Of a stretch of DNA of 64,000 nucleotides, positions 12,020 through 25,765 are shown piece after piece. Below the pieces are notes generated by a model. It worked only from the letters and a program-made list of their open reading frames with translations, was not told the origin of the DNA and made no database searches. Location: the NCBI RefSeq assembly GCF_006345805.1, contig NC_043025.1:2728001-2792000 (forward strand). Reading direction: 5' to 3'. The first letter of the stretch is position 1. Each line of letters starts with the position of its first letter. The stretch is from Octopus sinensis (Eukaryota). The translations under genes and the position numbers were made by a program.

Positions 12020-13010
12020 GTCGATCAGTTTGTCTACCTGGGAAGCACTATTAATAGATATGGCAATGTGGATGATGAAATTCCATATAGAATTAGGAAA
12101 GCAAGTGTTGCTTTCGGAAGGCTAGAAAAGCGCCTCTGGAGTCGGCGAGATATATGCAGAAAGACAAAGATAAAGGCGTACAAGGCATGTGTGCTCCCTT
12201 TTATTCTCTATGCCTGCGAGAGGTGGGTCGCATATCGATACCACCTTAAACAGCTGGACCGTTTCCATCAGATGTGCCTCAGATGGATCTATGGCATTAA
12301 GTGGAATGACCGCATCAGTGATCTTGAAATACTCGAAGGCTCTCGGTGTGAAAGTATAGAAGATCTCGTGTTAAAGCAAAGGCTCAGATGGATTAGCTAA
12401 AGGAGAACGACCTCCACATTAACCAAAAAAGAGATATAAGGACTTGCTGAAGGCTTACTTAAGAGATGCTTGCATCTCTCCTGACACATGGGAAGGCATT
12501 GATCGTAGCAGGTGGAGAAGGATTGTGCCTGAGGGGACAGCCACTTTTGAGAAATCTCGAGTTGCACATGAGAAAGTAAGGAGATATGTCAGGAAAGGCA
12601 TCGCTGTTACACTTCCAGAAGGGAAGGGTCTTCCTTTGATTCTGACATGCAATATTTGTGCAAGACCCTGCCTCAGTAAAGCTGGACTCATGAGTCATCT
12701 TCGTAGTCATAAAACGAGACAGATGAGTGACAACCTGGCCACTGGTGGTGGTGTAACAAACCATACTAATCATATCTGTCGGGCATGTGGAAGAGAGTGT
12801 AATTCAGCAGGAGGACTTAAACGACATGCAAAGGTACATGAAGCCCAGTTACAACTACAGCCGACTATTACCAGAAAAGGTTATAGCTGCCAATTCTGTA
12901 CAAGACATTGTAGATCTTTGGCTGGGCTAAAAAGTCACATTCGATCACAGAACCAGTAACAGTTAGGCTTCGTGCTATGGCCATACTCGATAAAAAGGGG
13001 GCTGCCATAA
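12020..13010 (+). mobile_element. RTE-clade LINE 3' part with three C-terminal C2H2 zinc fingers
   Basis: FVYLGSTI...RIRKASVAFGRL...RLRW is RTE RT C-terminus. It is followed by CNICARPCLSKAGLMSHLRSH, CRACGRECNSAGGLKRHAKVH and CQFCTRHCRSLAGLKSHIRSQ. Confidence 0.85.
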
Positions 13011-13019
13011 AAAAGGGGG

Positions 13020-13867
13020 CTGCATTTATATATGTAAGTATGTGTGTATGTATGTGTGTATATGTAGAAATGCATGTGTGTATGTATATATGTATAGATG
13101 CATACTTGCATGTAGGTGCCTATGTATGTATGCATGCTCGTATCTATGCATCTATGAGCAAATGTATGTGTGTATGTATACATGTATGTACATATATATG
13201 TGTGTACGTATGGATGTATATATGCATGACTGTGTTTATGCATGTATGTTTAAATGTATGTATCTATGTATCTGCGTACGTATGTCTGTGTGTATGTATT
13301 TATGTATGTATGCATGCGTGTATATACATATGTGTGTGTGTTTATGAATGTATGTGCGTATGTATGTATATATGTATGTGCGTATGTACGTATGTATGTA
13401 GCAAGCGTATATGTATGTACGTATATACGTCCGTATATATGTATGTGTGTACATATGTGTGCATGTATGTGTGTATGTAAGATTGTATGTTTTTGTGTAT
13501 ATGTATGTGTGTGTATGTATATGTGTATGTATTTGTGCATATGTGTATGTGTGCATATATGTATGTATATATATGTGTATATATACATGTATTTGTGTAT
13601 GTATGAGTGTATGCATCTATATGTGTATGTGTATGTACGTATGTATGCATGTGTATATGTATGTGTGTATATATGTTTGTATGTATATGTGTATGTATAT
13701 GGGTATGTGTGTACGTACTTATGTATGTATGTATGTATGTGTGTATGTATGTTTGTAAGTATGTATGTACGTACGAGAGTGTGTCAAAAAGTATTGCCAT
13801 TTTGTTTAGGAAAGGTATAATTACCAACACAGGAACATGTATGTATGTATATATGTATGTATGTATG

Positions 13868-13898
<31 letters not shown>

Positions 13899-14420
13899 AT
13901 ATGAATGTATGTATGTAAATATGTTTGCATGTAACTATTTATGTATGTATGCATGTATGCATAATTGAATGTATATATGAATGTATGTATGTATAAATGT
14001 ATTTATGGATGTAAGAATGTATGCATGTATAAATTTATGTACCTACAGACATACATAGGTACATACGTACATATACATGTACATAAAACATACATACACA
14101 CATACATATATATACACATATATATATATGTACACATATATATATACGTACACGCATAGGTATATATATACACATACGTGCATATATAAGTACATTCACA
14201 CGTACATACATACACACATGTATGTATGTGTGTATGTATGAAATGTGTGTGTGTATGTGTGTATGTTTGTATGTGTGTATGTATGTCTCTATGTATGTAT
14301 GTGAGTATGTGTGTATGTATGTATGTATATATGATTTTATATATGTATGCATGTATGTATGTAAGTATGTTTGTATGTATGTATGTATGAGTGTTTATGT
14401 GTGTATGTGTGTATGTGTGT
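13020..14420. repeat. Degenerate (TATG/TG/TA) simple-sequence tract (similar tracts at 15540-16880, 17145-17685, 19040-19860, 21570-21690 and 22735-22935)
   Basis: Read directly from the sequence. Source of the MYVC/HTYI ORF artefacts. Confidence 0.9.
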
Positions 14421-14423
14421 ATT

Positions 14424-15060
14424 TGAAAAATCGATTTGCGAGTTAAAGAACATTTGAAATGGAGTCCAGCAGATTGGACGAATGTGTTGTGGTCGGACGA
14501 ATCAAAGTCCATCTTGTTCGGTAGTGATGGCAGGAAGTATTAAGAAGGCGTATAGGCGAAGAATTCCATGTAAAATGCGTTCAACCTTCAATTAGGCACT
14601 CTGGCGGAAGTGTGATGATGTAAGGGTGTATGTCTGGAAAAGACGTCAGTTCTATAATCCAAATGGATAGTAAGTCCTATCTAGAAATATTGAATAATAA
14701 TATGCTTCCATACGCCCGAAAGCATTTGGACTTTCCAGCATGACAACCACCCGAATGTCACCTCGTACCTAGTCAGAAATTACATTATACGTAAGAGATT
14801 TCGGTTGATATAGTGACTAACGCCGTCGCCCGAGCTGAAACCCATGGAAAATCCTTGAGAATGGTTGGGTAGAGCTTTGAAAAGTATTAAGACAAAAAGA
14901 AGGAGAATTTAAAAAAAAACATTTTTAGCCGAAAGTGGGAAAAATCTGCGCAACAGTGATAAATGATCTGAACATTTGTATGTTTCGCAGATGCAAAGCT
15001 GTATTAAGTAATTTTGGGTTCCCAAAATACTGACTCTGTGATTTTATTGCTTTTTAGGGA
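14424..15060 (+). mobile_element. Tc1-family transposase remnant (pseudogenised)
   Basis: Translation KEHLKWSPADWTNVLWSDESK..LFGSDG...HSGGSVMM*GCMS covers the Tc1 WSDE motif region, with stops and frameshifts. Confidence 0.8.
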
Positions 15061-16884
15061 TTTCAGAATGAAGTTTAAGAGCAAAAAACATCAAAATATG
15101 AAATGTTACACGTTGTCCTTAAGTTAAATGGTACTCTAAATTATGATAATTAAGATTTCTTTTTAATCTAAAATTAACATATTGATGTTACGCTGTAAAG
15201 CTGTATACCCTATTAAAGCTCGTAAGAGTTTCTTTATTTAGATATACAAATTAATTCACAAGTTACAAGTTGAATATATATATATATATATATATAAATG
15301 AAATTTGAACATTAGTAACTTAGGGTTCTTAAGTTCGATGACGCCACTGCAATTGTTTGGAAAATGTGGATTTAGTGTCAAAAAGGAAAGAAGGATGTAA
15401 AAAGAGAACAAAGGGACACTGTTCTTCAGCTGTATATAGATGAGAGATTACTAATCAAGGACAGAGCAACGAAGAACACTTTAGTTGTGGAGTGGTTTAA
15501 TTAGCGGAAGGCGTAGAGATTCTCAAACACATTTGTGCATGTGTGTGTGTACTTATGTGTGTATATATGTATATGCGTGAGTATGAATGTATGTATGTGT
15601 GCAGCATGAATTTGTGTACGTAAATGTGTATGTATGTGTGTGTGTATGCATGTATGTATGTGTATGCATGTAAGTGTGTGTATGTGTATTTAAGTAAGTG
15701 TGTATGTGTGTATTTTTGAGTGTTCTTATATATATGTGTGTGTATGTATCTGTGTAATTATGTATGTGCGTATGTGTATAAATGTGCGTATTTATTTGTA
15801 TGTGTATGTAAGTATATGTGTATGTATATATGTGTACATGCGTGTATGTGTGCTGCATGTATGCTATGTGTGTAAGTTCACAAGTTTGTCTGTCTGCATA
15901 CATGTGTACGCATAAATACATACACACACACATACATATATACACACATACACATGTATATATACATACATAAATATATTCATACATACATGCTTAAATA
16001 TCTACAAAGATACAAAAACGCATACATACATCCACACACACATATATACGAATGTGGATTTGTATGTATATATTTTTTTATATATGAATGTATGCGCGTA
16101 TGTTTGTGTGTATGTGCGTGTGTATGTGTGTTTGTACGTATGTGATTAAGTATGGAAATATGTATGTGTGTGTATGTGTGTATGTATGTATTTACGTATG
16201 TGTATTTGTATGTCTGTATGAATGTATGTGTGTGTATGTGCGAATGTGGGTGTATGTAAGTATGTGTGTACGTATGTGACTACATATGTGTGTATGTATG
16301 CATGTATGTTGGTATAGATGTAAGTGCTTATATATGTATGTGAGTATGTACGGATGTGTATATGTCTGCGGGCATATGTGTATGTATATATGTGTGCATG
16401 TATATATGTATGTATGTGTGTATGCATGTAATTATATGTGCATGTATATGTGTATATATGTGTCTATGTGTGTTCATGTATATATGTATGTGTGCAAGCA
16501 TGTGTGTATGTATGCATGTATATATGTGCGTATGTTTTTGTGTGTGTTTTTAAATAGCTATGCATGTATGTATGTGCTTATTTCGTATGCATGTTTGTGC
16601 GTATGAGTGTATGCGTATATTAGTGTATGTATGCATGTTATATGTGTGTGTGTATGTATATACCTATATATGGGTGTGTATGAATATATATGTGCATGTA
16701 TGTATGAATATGTGTATGTATGTCTTCATGTATATATGTATGTATGTGTGTATAATGTGTGCATGTGTATATGTATGTATGTGTGTATGTATGTGTGCAT
16801 GTATATTTGTATGTATGTGTGTATGCATGTATTTATATAAGCATGTGTATGTGTATATATGTGTCTGTGTGTGTATTTGTTGTG

Positions 16885-17146
16885 CCTTTGTTAGGGCATC
16901 CTTCTAGGAGAAGGTAACTCAGGTAACTGGGATAAGTCCGACATAAAACCTGCGGCTCAGTGGTTACCGATGATGTTCACTTGTTCTTCTTTTCGGATTA
17001 TGGCTGCTGTCGCTTAGTGAGTGGGATTGACTCAGTGATCAGCCTTTCCTTACTTTAAAAAACTTCTTGCACAGGCATTGCACGATAACAACATTGATTA
17101 AGCTTTTGCGCAATGGCCATACTCGATAACGAGGGGGCAGCCACCA
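16885..17146 (+). mobile_element. Short RTE-related or SINE-like element
   Basis: Ends in ATGGCCATACTCGATAACGAGGGGGCAGCCACC then (ATGT)n, matching the 3' tail of the RTE at 12977-13010. Confidence 0.5.
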
Positions 17147-17477
17147 TGTATGTATGTGCGTATGCTTGTGGGTATGTATGAATGTTTGTATATACATGCA
17201 CACATGCATAGATACACGCATACATTTATACATACGTACACATACATATGTACGTAAACAAATACACACATACGCACATGTATATATGTATGTATGTGTG
17301 TATGTATGCACGTATGTATGTATGCATGTGTGTATATATATGTATGTATACATGAATGAAGGTGTGAATGTGTGTGAATGTGTATATATGTGTGCATGAA
17401 TTTGTGCATGTATGGAGGTATGCTTGCATGTATGTATGCATTCATCTATGTCTGTATGAATCTATGACTGTATCTAT

Positions 17478-17532
<55 letters not shown>

Positions 17533-17774
17533 TGTATGTATCTACGTATGTGTACGTGTAACTGTTTAAGTATGTATTCTTGTATGTATGAATGTATGTG
17601 GGTATGTGTATTTGAATAAATGTATGTACGTATGTATGTATGTATGTATGTATCTGTTTGTGTGTATGTATGTATGTATGTGAGTATCTGTACAAAGCTG
17701 TAAGAAGCAATTCTGAATGCCCAAAATACTGACCGTGCGATTTTATTGCTTTTTGTTGATCAGATATGCTTTGA

Positions 17775-18951
17775 CAGTGGAGATGTGTGTGCAGTAGGTG
17801 TTCGACATAAACCCACCGGTCAGCAATACTCGGGCACTGGACTAGGGCGTGCAGAACAGTTTCACCTTTCTGGGCGCACCTCACGTGGGCCCGGCTGACG
17901 GCATTTCCGTGCCTATAAATTTTATCCCAAACAGTCAGCGCCCCTCGGTAGCACTGTCAGGCAAGGGATTTCTTGAAGTTATCCATAGGCTCAGGCTCGA
18001 AAGTGCTGCGAAACAGATCGGTTAGTTGATCTTCATCGACACCCAAAGTTTCCCTGAGGACGTCGTCGCACTTTCCCTTCACTAGCACTCTTTAGAACTT
18101 TAGAGTGGAAGTATTACCGACCGTATTGCCCGCCTGGTGGAGGACTGTGAGTGCTTGACGGCACTCAAGGTGCCAAGCGCCCTTCTTCGGACTACGCCCA
18201 GTCCAGGATTGCCGCTCAGTCAAAAAGACGAGCTGTGGAAAAGTGCCTCTTACAAACGGTGATCACACCTGCTCACCGTCAAGGAAAGGCTGGAGATGAC
18301 GCAACCTCAGCGCACGTCTGCGCATCAGTAACCAGGGCATGCCCACTCCTCCACTCAGCAGCTATTGACAACAGATAGAGCGCCTGACCAGTGGAATGCG
18401 CATCTGCCACAGAGGCAGAAAACGGAAGAGTAAGCGCACAAGCTTGGTCAACCAGGAACGGGACAAGGGACGACAGTGAAGCGGTAGGAGATGATGGGTG
18501 TCATGTACGCGTTCGTCACCTCCGCCCAATCTTTCAGGTACAGCTTCCTCTTGGTCTATTTCTGGGTGAGATTGGCTACGCTTCTCGTCACTTCGTCCCA
18601 GTTCTTCTCCACTTGGACGTCCGGACCAAACCAGACTCCGAGCAACTTGTTGGGACCGTCTGTCCAGCGCAGCATGACGCTGTTGTAACTTATGGCCTTG
18701 CCTCTTCATGTGCCGAGCTGCAAGTCCACTGACTTTTCCGGGTTCATTTTTGCTCCTGTTTTCGCTTCATATTCCTGTAGTATTTCGACTGTCAGGTCTA
18801 TATGCCTGTGGCTCGACACTATGACGGTGACATCATCAGCGTAAGCAGATACATTTCTCTCAGATACTAGATCACGCGAGACACCCATCAACGCCCCCAG
18901 CTTCCGCAGTAAATGGTTCAATAGTCAGTACATACAGAAGGGAGGAGATAG

Positions 18952-18990
<39 letters not shown>

Positions 18991-19040
18991 ACCCTTGAGG
19001 GACGGAACGCACGATGCGGAATGGCTCAGACAGGATTGTA
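17775..19040 (-). mobile_element. L1/Tx1-clade LINE fragment (RT to C-terminal cysteine-rich motif)
   Basis: RSVPQGCSLS..LLYVLTIEP, SAYADDVT...GAKMNPEKS, and C-terminal RCAQKGETVLHALVQC. Confidence 0.75.
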
Positions 19041-19091
19041 ATGTATGCATGCATGTATATATGTATGTGTGTATGTATATATATATATGCT

Positions 19092-19130
<39 letters not shown>

Positions 19131-19861
19131 CGTATATGTTGTGTTTTTCTACGCGTGTACGTACGTACGTATGCATGCATGTATGTGCGTGTACTGATGT
19201 ATGTAGTTATGTAAGTATGTACGTGTGTATATGTACATATTCCATGCGCGTATGTATATAGGTATAGTTGCATACTTGCATGTAGGTGCCTATGTATGTA
19301 TGCACGTATGTATGCATCTACGTACATATGTATGTGTGTATGTATGTAAGTATGGACGTATGTACATGAATATGTGTGTACGTATGTATGTATATATACA
19401 TGATTGTGTTTATGCATGCATGTTTATACGTATGGTTTTATGTACGTGTCTATGTAGGTGCGTACGTATGTCTGTGTGTATATATTTATGTATTTATGCA
19501 TGTGTGTATGTACTTATGTGTGTATATATGTATATGAGTGTGTATGAATGTATGTATGTGTGCAGCATGAATATGTGTACGTAAGTGTGTATGTATGTGT
19601 GTGTATGCATGTATGTATGTATGAATGTATGTAGGTATGAATGCAAGCTTATATGTATGTACGTATATATGTTCGTATACATGTGTGTACATATGTGTGT
19701 GTGTATGTGTATATGTACGCATGCACGTTTGCATGTATATGTATGTCTGTGTGTATGTATATGTGTATGTATATGTGCATATATGTGTGTACATATATGT
19801 ACGTATATGTACATGTATTTGTGTTTGTATGAGTGTATGTATGTATATGTGTGTGTATGTT

Positions 19862-21570
19862 AGTTAGTTAGTTAGTTAGTTAATTTGGCTCAAAAGCAAA
19901 TAGCAAGGCCATGTAGGGGGACATGGAGTTATGTTCAGGGTGGTGTTCATGTAAAGAGTTCAGGCCACTTGAAGTCAAGGTAGGCTTTGAACAAAGCGGT
20001 CGTCGGCATCTTCACCATCTCGTCTGGCAGCTTGTTCCACGGATCCGCAACCCGGACGGAGAAAGCTCCTCTTCTTCGATTGAGATGAAATCGTCGCAGG
20101 TAGAGCTTTTCGGAATGACCCCGCAGCCGACGCTCTGGAGCAGGAGTGAAGAACTGCTCTTTCGAGAGGTTACACTTTCCGCTAATGATGTTGTGGGCGA
20201 GAATGAGATCACCACGGCGGCGGCGTTTTTCTAGAGAATAAAGGTCGAGCGTCTTCAGCCTTTCTTCATAGGACAAATTTTTGAGACCATCAATCATGTG
20301 GGTAGCCAGCTTCTGGACTCTTTCGAGATGCTGAATGTCTTTGAAGAGATAAGGAGAAGAGGCTTGAATCCCGTACTCCAATATGGGTCTCACCAGCGGA
20401 ACATAGAGTGGTAGGAATATGGCTGCTGTGAGCATTCCGAATGACCGTCGAATCAAGAACAGAATTCCGCGTGCTTTGTTGGCAGCATGGACGCACTGGG
20501 CCGAAGGCGAAATGGAGGAATCCACCAAGATACCCAGGTCCTTTACCTGATCGGTCCTCTCCAGAAGCAGACGGCCCAGCTCGAAATCAAGTTGAGTTGC
20601 AGGAGGAGAGCCAACAGGCAGATGACAGCACTTTGACACGTTCAGACACAGGTCCCATTCGTTAGACCACCTCCAAATTTGGTGGAGGCATCCTCTATAT
20701 CACCGCGAGGAGCGACCAATTTGACATCGTCGGCTAATAGAAGGGTGTGTTGCGTGAGGTCGTCGGGCAAGTCATTTATGAAGACTAAGAACAATAAGGG
20801 TCCAAACACTGAACCTTCAGGCACGCCACAGCTCGCACTGGAGACGTCGGACCGCGAACCATTAACTTCGACTTGGAAGGAGCGATCTGAGAGGAAGGCA
20901 CCAACCCATCGTACAATATCCGGATGGAAACTATATGCTTGAAGCTTGACAAGTAATAGGCGGTGGTTTACCGAGTCAAAAGCTTTGGCAAAGTCCAATA
21001 AAACGATGTCAACAGCATCACTATCATCGAGGATGCGCGTCACCAATTCTTCCATTACCAGTAAGTTGGTCAAGCATGATCTCTTCGGCACGAAGCCGTG
21101 TTGGGAATCAGAGATAGAGGCTGTGTTTTGGAGGTGGAGCATCATACTTTTCTTAAGGATGGTTTCGAACATCTTGCTGATTATTGATGTAAGGGAAACC
21201 GGTCGGTAGTTAAGCGGGCCTTCGCGGCTCCCTTTCTTCGAAATTGGGCAGATTATCGCTGTTCTCCAGTCCGCAGGTATAACACCCGTCGCCAATGACA
21301 TATTGAATAGACGTGTTAAGGGCTCGCAGATGACCGGAGCCAACGCTTTGATAACCTGTGTGTTTTATGCCGTCAGGGCCTTGACCCTTGTTGACATCGA
21401 GGCCTTGAATAACACGTTTGACTTCGTCCCGCGTGATGACAAATCGGAGCATTGGAGGTACCGATCTATCAAATGGAGGGGGTTCACGACCATCATCTTG
21501 TTTGAAAATAGTTGAAAAAGCCTCGGCAAAGAATTGACACTGTTGATAAGGGTCCTCAATCGATACGCCT
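19862..21570 (-). mobile_element. CR1-like LINE, 5'-truncated, with (TAAC)n tail
   Basis: ORFs 20642-21343 and 19947-20639 share one frame split by a stop. Motifs are NYRPVSLTS, QHGFVPKRSC, LDFAKAFDSVNH, GVPEGSVFGPLLF and LADDVKL. (TAGT)n at 19861-19880 is the 3' tail. Confidence 0.88.
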
Positions 21571-21689
21571 TTTGAGTATGTATGTACGTATGTATGAATG
21601 TGTTTATGCATGTGTATATATGTTTGTATGTATATATGTATATATGAGGGTATGTGTGTACGTACTTATGTATGTGTGTACGTACGAGT

Positions 21690-22180
21690 GTGCGTCGAAA
21701 ACTAATGTCATTTTGTTTAGGAAAGGTAGAATTACCAACACAGGAACATGTATCATACATCAAAATGAATCTTGGCCCCAGTGGATCACATCCCTACTCT
21801 TTAATATAGTTACCGTTTCTCTCAAAAGCAATGTTTCTTCTTCGAATGAGAGCATGTATTCCTGCCCTGTAAAATTCTGTTGAATGTTCTTTGAGCCACA
21901 TCTTCACCACAGTTCTTACTTCCTCGTCACTGGTATAATGTTTGCCTCTCAAACCCTCTTTTGTTGCGCCGAAGGGATTATAGTCTGAAGTGCAAAATCT
22001 GGTGAGTGTGGAGGTAATGAAGAAATGGCTCAAAGAACACTCAACGGAATTTCACGGGCGGGGATACATGCAGTCATTCGAAGGTAGACCATTGCTTTTG
22101 AGAGAAACAGCAGCTATGTTGTGGATAAGGGATGTGATCCACTGAGGACCAGCTTCATTTTGATGTATGATACATGTTCA
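21690..22180. mobile_element. Two mariner 3' ends in inverted orientation
   Basis: Minus-strand EGLRGKHYTSDEEVRTVVKMWLKEHSTEFYRAGIHAL is a mariner C-terminus. About 21745-21905 is mirrored by about 22020-22180. Confidence 0.7.
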
Positions 22181-22499
22181 TGGACGGCCGTCATCTCTCT
22201 CTGTCTGTCTGTCTGTCTGTATGTATGTATGCATGTCTCCTTTGAGTGCTACTGGGAACATGTAACCCAGTACATCCTGCTTCATGATCGGGTCGTCGGC
22301 GACTAAACCGGCAACCCCACCGGCTTGCTTGGTGATGAGAGTGTTGTTGGACACTCTGCTGGATGCAAAATAAGACTCGTGAAACGGCGCATGTAGTCCT
22401 GAACTGTCAATTTCTTTATTAACCATATAAGGTAAAGAAAATGGGGTGATGATGCAAGGAGAGACAAAACAAATATTGGGGTGAAGGGATAGAATGATC

Positions 22500-22735
22500 A
22501 CCTGACGAACTTATGAAGATTGCAAATCCAACGGAGGCCTCAAGCGACATTTTAAGACCTACAAACTGCAGAATTTATCTGCAGGTCTTGGTTGCCCAAA
22601 TTGGAGGATCAATCTATGTGGGTGTCTTTTCAGAATATTCTTTCTTTTGAAAAGTCACATCAGGCACCATAATGGTGCTAAGGTGTCGGTAAGGAGTTGT
22701 TCAAACTTTGTATAAGGAGTAGGCAACCACCATGT
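22500..22735 (+). mobile_element. Decayed RTE 3' end with zinc-finger remnant
   Basis: Degraded K.CKSNGGLKRHFK resembles ECNSAGGLKRHAK at 12.8 kb. Ends GGCAACCACC(ATGT)n like 17135-17150. Confidence 0.45.
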
Positions 22736-22935
22736 ATGTATGTATGTATGTATGTATGTATGTATGTATGTATGTATGTATGTATGTATGTATGTATGTA
22801 TATATGAATGTATGTATGTATTTATTTATTTATGCATGTATGCATAATTGAATGTATATATGAATGTATGTATGTATGAATGTATTTATGGATGTAAGAA
22901 TGTGTGCATGTATGAATCTATGTACCTACAGACAT

Positions 22936-23035
22936 NNNNNNNNNNNNNNNNNNNNNNNNNNNNNNNNNNNNNNNNNNNNNNNNNNNNNNNNNNNNNNNNN
23001 NNNNNNNNNNNNNNNNNNNNNNNNNNNNNNNNNNN
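22936..23035. other. Assembly gap (100 N)
   Basis: Run of N; the true length is unknown. Confidence 0.99.
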
Positions 23036-24200
23036 ATCCTTTTTATGCTTCCTCTTCTCCTCATCCTCCTTTTTCTGCTTCCTCTTCTCCTCATCCTCCT
23101 TTTTTTGTTTCCTCTTCTCCTCATCCTCCTTTTTCTTCTTCTTCTTCTCCTTATCCTCCTTTTCTTGTTCTTTATCCTTTTTTTAGAAGATGACATAAAT
23201 GTTTATTTCTGCTTTGTCCTTTCTACTTTTTCTCCTTCTCCTTCTTCCTCTCCTTTTTCTACTTCCTTTTGTTCTCCCTCTTTATAATAATCTTCAAGTT
23301 CTTTTACTTTTTCTTTACTCCTTGCTCTACTTCTTCTTCGTCTCGTAGTTGTTGCATCTTTCGTTTCTTCTTTTTTTCTTATTATTATATTATCGATATC
23401 TTTTCTTGCTCCTTTTTTCGTCTTTTTCTACATCTTCTCAATTCTTGATTTTCTTCTCTTCTTCTTATTCTTCTTGCCTTCTTCTTCTTCCTATTCTTTT
23501 TTTTTTTTTTCTTCCTTCTTCTTCTTTTTCGTTTCTTACTTTGCACCTTCTTCGTCTAAATCTTTTTCTTAATCTTTCATTTCTTCTTCGTCTGCTTCGA
23601 CTCCTTATTCTTCCCCTCCTTTTTCTTCTCCTTCACCTTTTGTTGTTGCTGTCTTGTTGTTGTTATTGTTTTTTTTATCGTTATTTTTGTTGTTGTTGTA
23701 ATTGTCCTTCTCTTTCGTCTTTACCTGTTTTACCCGTTTTTTTTTTCCTTTCTTCTATTTCTTCTTTTTATCTCTTCCTTATCGTTTTTTCACCTCCTTA
23801 TTTGTCATCTTTTCGTTCCTCATCAGTTTATTCTTGTTTTCTTCTTTTTCGTCTTCTTCTTACTTCTTTTTCTTCTTCTGTACTTCTTTATTTTTGTTGT
23901 GTTTGTCGGTGTTGAAGTTGTTGATTTTATTGCTCGTTTTCTTTGTTTACCTTTTACTTACTTTTCATCTTTTTTTACTCTTTTTCTTCCTATTATTTTT
24001 TCTCCTTTCTTTTTTTCATCTTTTCATTGTTTTCTTCTACTTCTTCCTAAACTTATTTTCTACTTCTTCAATATCTTGTTCTTTTTCTCATACTTCTTTT
24101 TCTTCTTTTCCTTTTTTCTTTTCTTCTCCTTTTTTTGTCTTCTTTTCTTCGTTATCTTCGTTTTCCTCATAATCTTTCTTCCCATAGTTTGTCTCATTAT
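23036..24200. repeat. Pyrimidine-rich (CTT/TTC) low-complexity tract (similar at 25000-25560, 39560-40030, 40435-41000 and 42335-42505)
   Basis: Read directly from the sequence. Confidence 0.9.
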
Positions 24201-24278
24201 TTCAAACACACAGTATTCAATAATTTATCACAAATATTTTCAATGACAAAATGTTATCATCGTTCTTTACTTCTACAG

Positions 24279-24350
24279 ATATCTTTACCGAAATAATATT
24301 TCGAATATTGACCAAGGAAGTTTTCAAAGTCTTCATAGATTACGGATGTT
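24279..24350 (+). CDS. Host gene exon A: LRR repeat (L)YLYRNNISNIDQGSFQSLHRLRM(L)
   Basis: 72 nt, phase 2-2. Acceptor TTCTACAG, donor GTAAGT. Fits the LxLxxNxIxxI...F..L..L consensus. Confidence 0.9.
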
Positions 24351-25402
24351 GTAAGTTCCTTTAATTTTTTATTCTATATCATGAATGTAAAATTTACATA
24401 TCTTCACTATGCTCTAGTCTGTCCTGCTTGCTTTCTCTCTCTCTCTCTCTACATCATTCTACTATCCTCTCCTCATAGTACAGGTAAAACAATAAGTAGA
24501 GGTAAAACAGGTAATTAAAGACGAAGGAGAACGACAATTAAAACTACAACAAAATCACGATGAGAAAAACAATCACAACAACAACAACAGCGACAACAAA
24601 TCAGCAACAGCAAAATTCCTGATTGGCACGAAATCATTCTGATTGCACATGAAGACGAGTGCGACTGGGATATTACATGTTTCTTCATCAAAACTTATAA
24701 ATGGGAATGTATCTTTACTTGCATTCTCCTTTTTAAACTAATATTTGATCTCTTCAAATTTGCGAGTCAGTGTCTTTCAATGTGTTCCTCTGTGTGGACG
24801 TAACTGCACAGTTCTATTCTATGCACAAATGTATGCGTGTTTGACTGTGTCCAGACGTGTGCAAGACTGTATGTTCATGCATGTGTATCAGACAGCGTGT
24901 GTCTGTGTGTGTTTTCCCTACTTCCATTCCATTCTCATACTCCGAATTATTCGTTAGAATATCTTTAAATATTTTTTTGTTTTCATCTTATTTATCATCT
25001 TTTATTGCTTTCTTCTTTTTCTTCTTTTTCCTCGTTCTCCTTTTCCTCCCCCGCCTTCTACTTCCCCTCCACTTTCTACCTCTAGTACTTCTTCCTCCTT
25101 CTCCTCCTCTCCTTTCTCTTCTTCCCCTACTACACTACTACTACTACTACACCTTCTACTTCTGTATATCACCCTTCCTAATTCTCATCGTATTATTCTT
25201 CCTCCTCCTCCTCTTCTTCTTTCTCTTCTACCCCTACCCCTAAACTACTACTACTAATACTACTACTACAAATACTACAACTACTACTACTACTACTACT
25301 ACTAATACTACACCTTCTACTTCTATATATCACCCTTCCTAATTCTCATCGTATTATTCTTCCTCCTCCTCCTCTTCTACTTTCTCTTCTTCCCCTACCC
25401 CT

Positions 25403-25434
<32 letters not shown>

Positions 25435-25443
25435 GCAACTACT

Positions 25444-25477
<34 letters not shown>

Positions 25478-25702
25478 ACCTTCTACTATCTCATCCTTCC
25501 TAATTCTCACCGTATTCTTCTTTCTCCTTTTCTCCGTCGTCACCATTCTTCCTTCCCCTAGTTTAATTCTCCTCACTCAATATTAACAACATATATTCAT
25601 CTGCTGCATCATTATACGATCAGCAATATCATCCAACGATAATTCTAATTACTTATTGTCTTCCCATTTTGCTTTTCTTCCAACTTTTGTCTTCTCTAAT
25701 TC

Positions 25703-25741
<39 letters not shown>

Positions 25742-25765
25742 GTTTCTGTTTAAATCTATTTTAGA

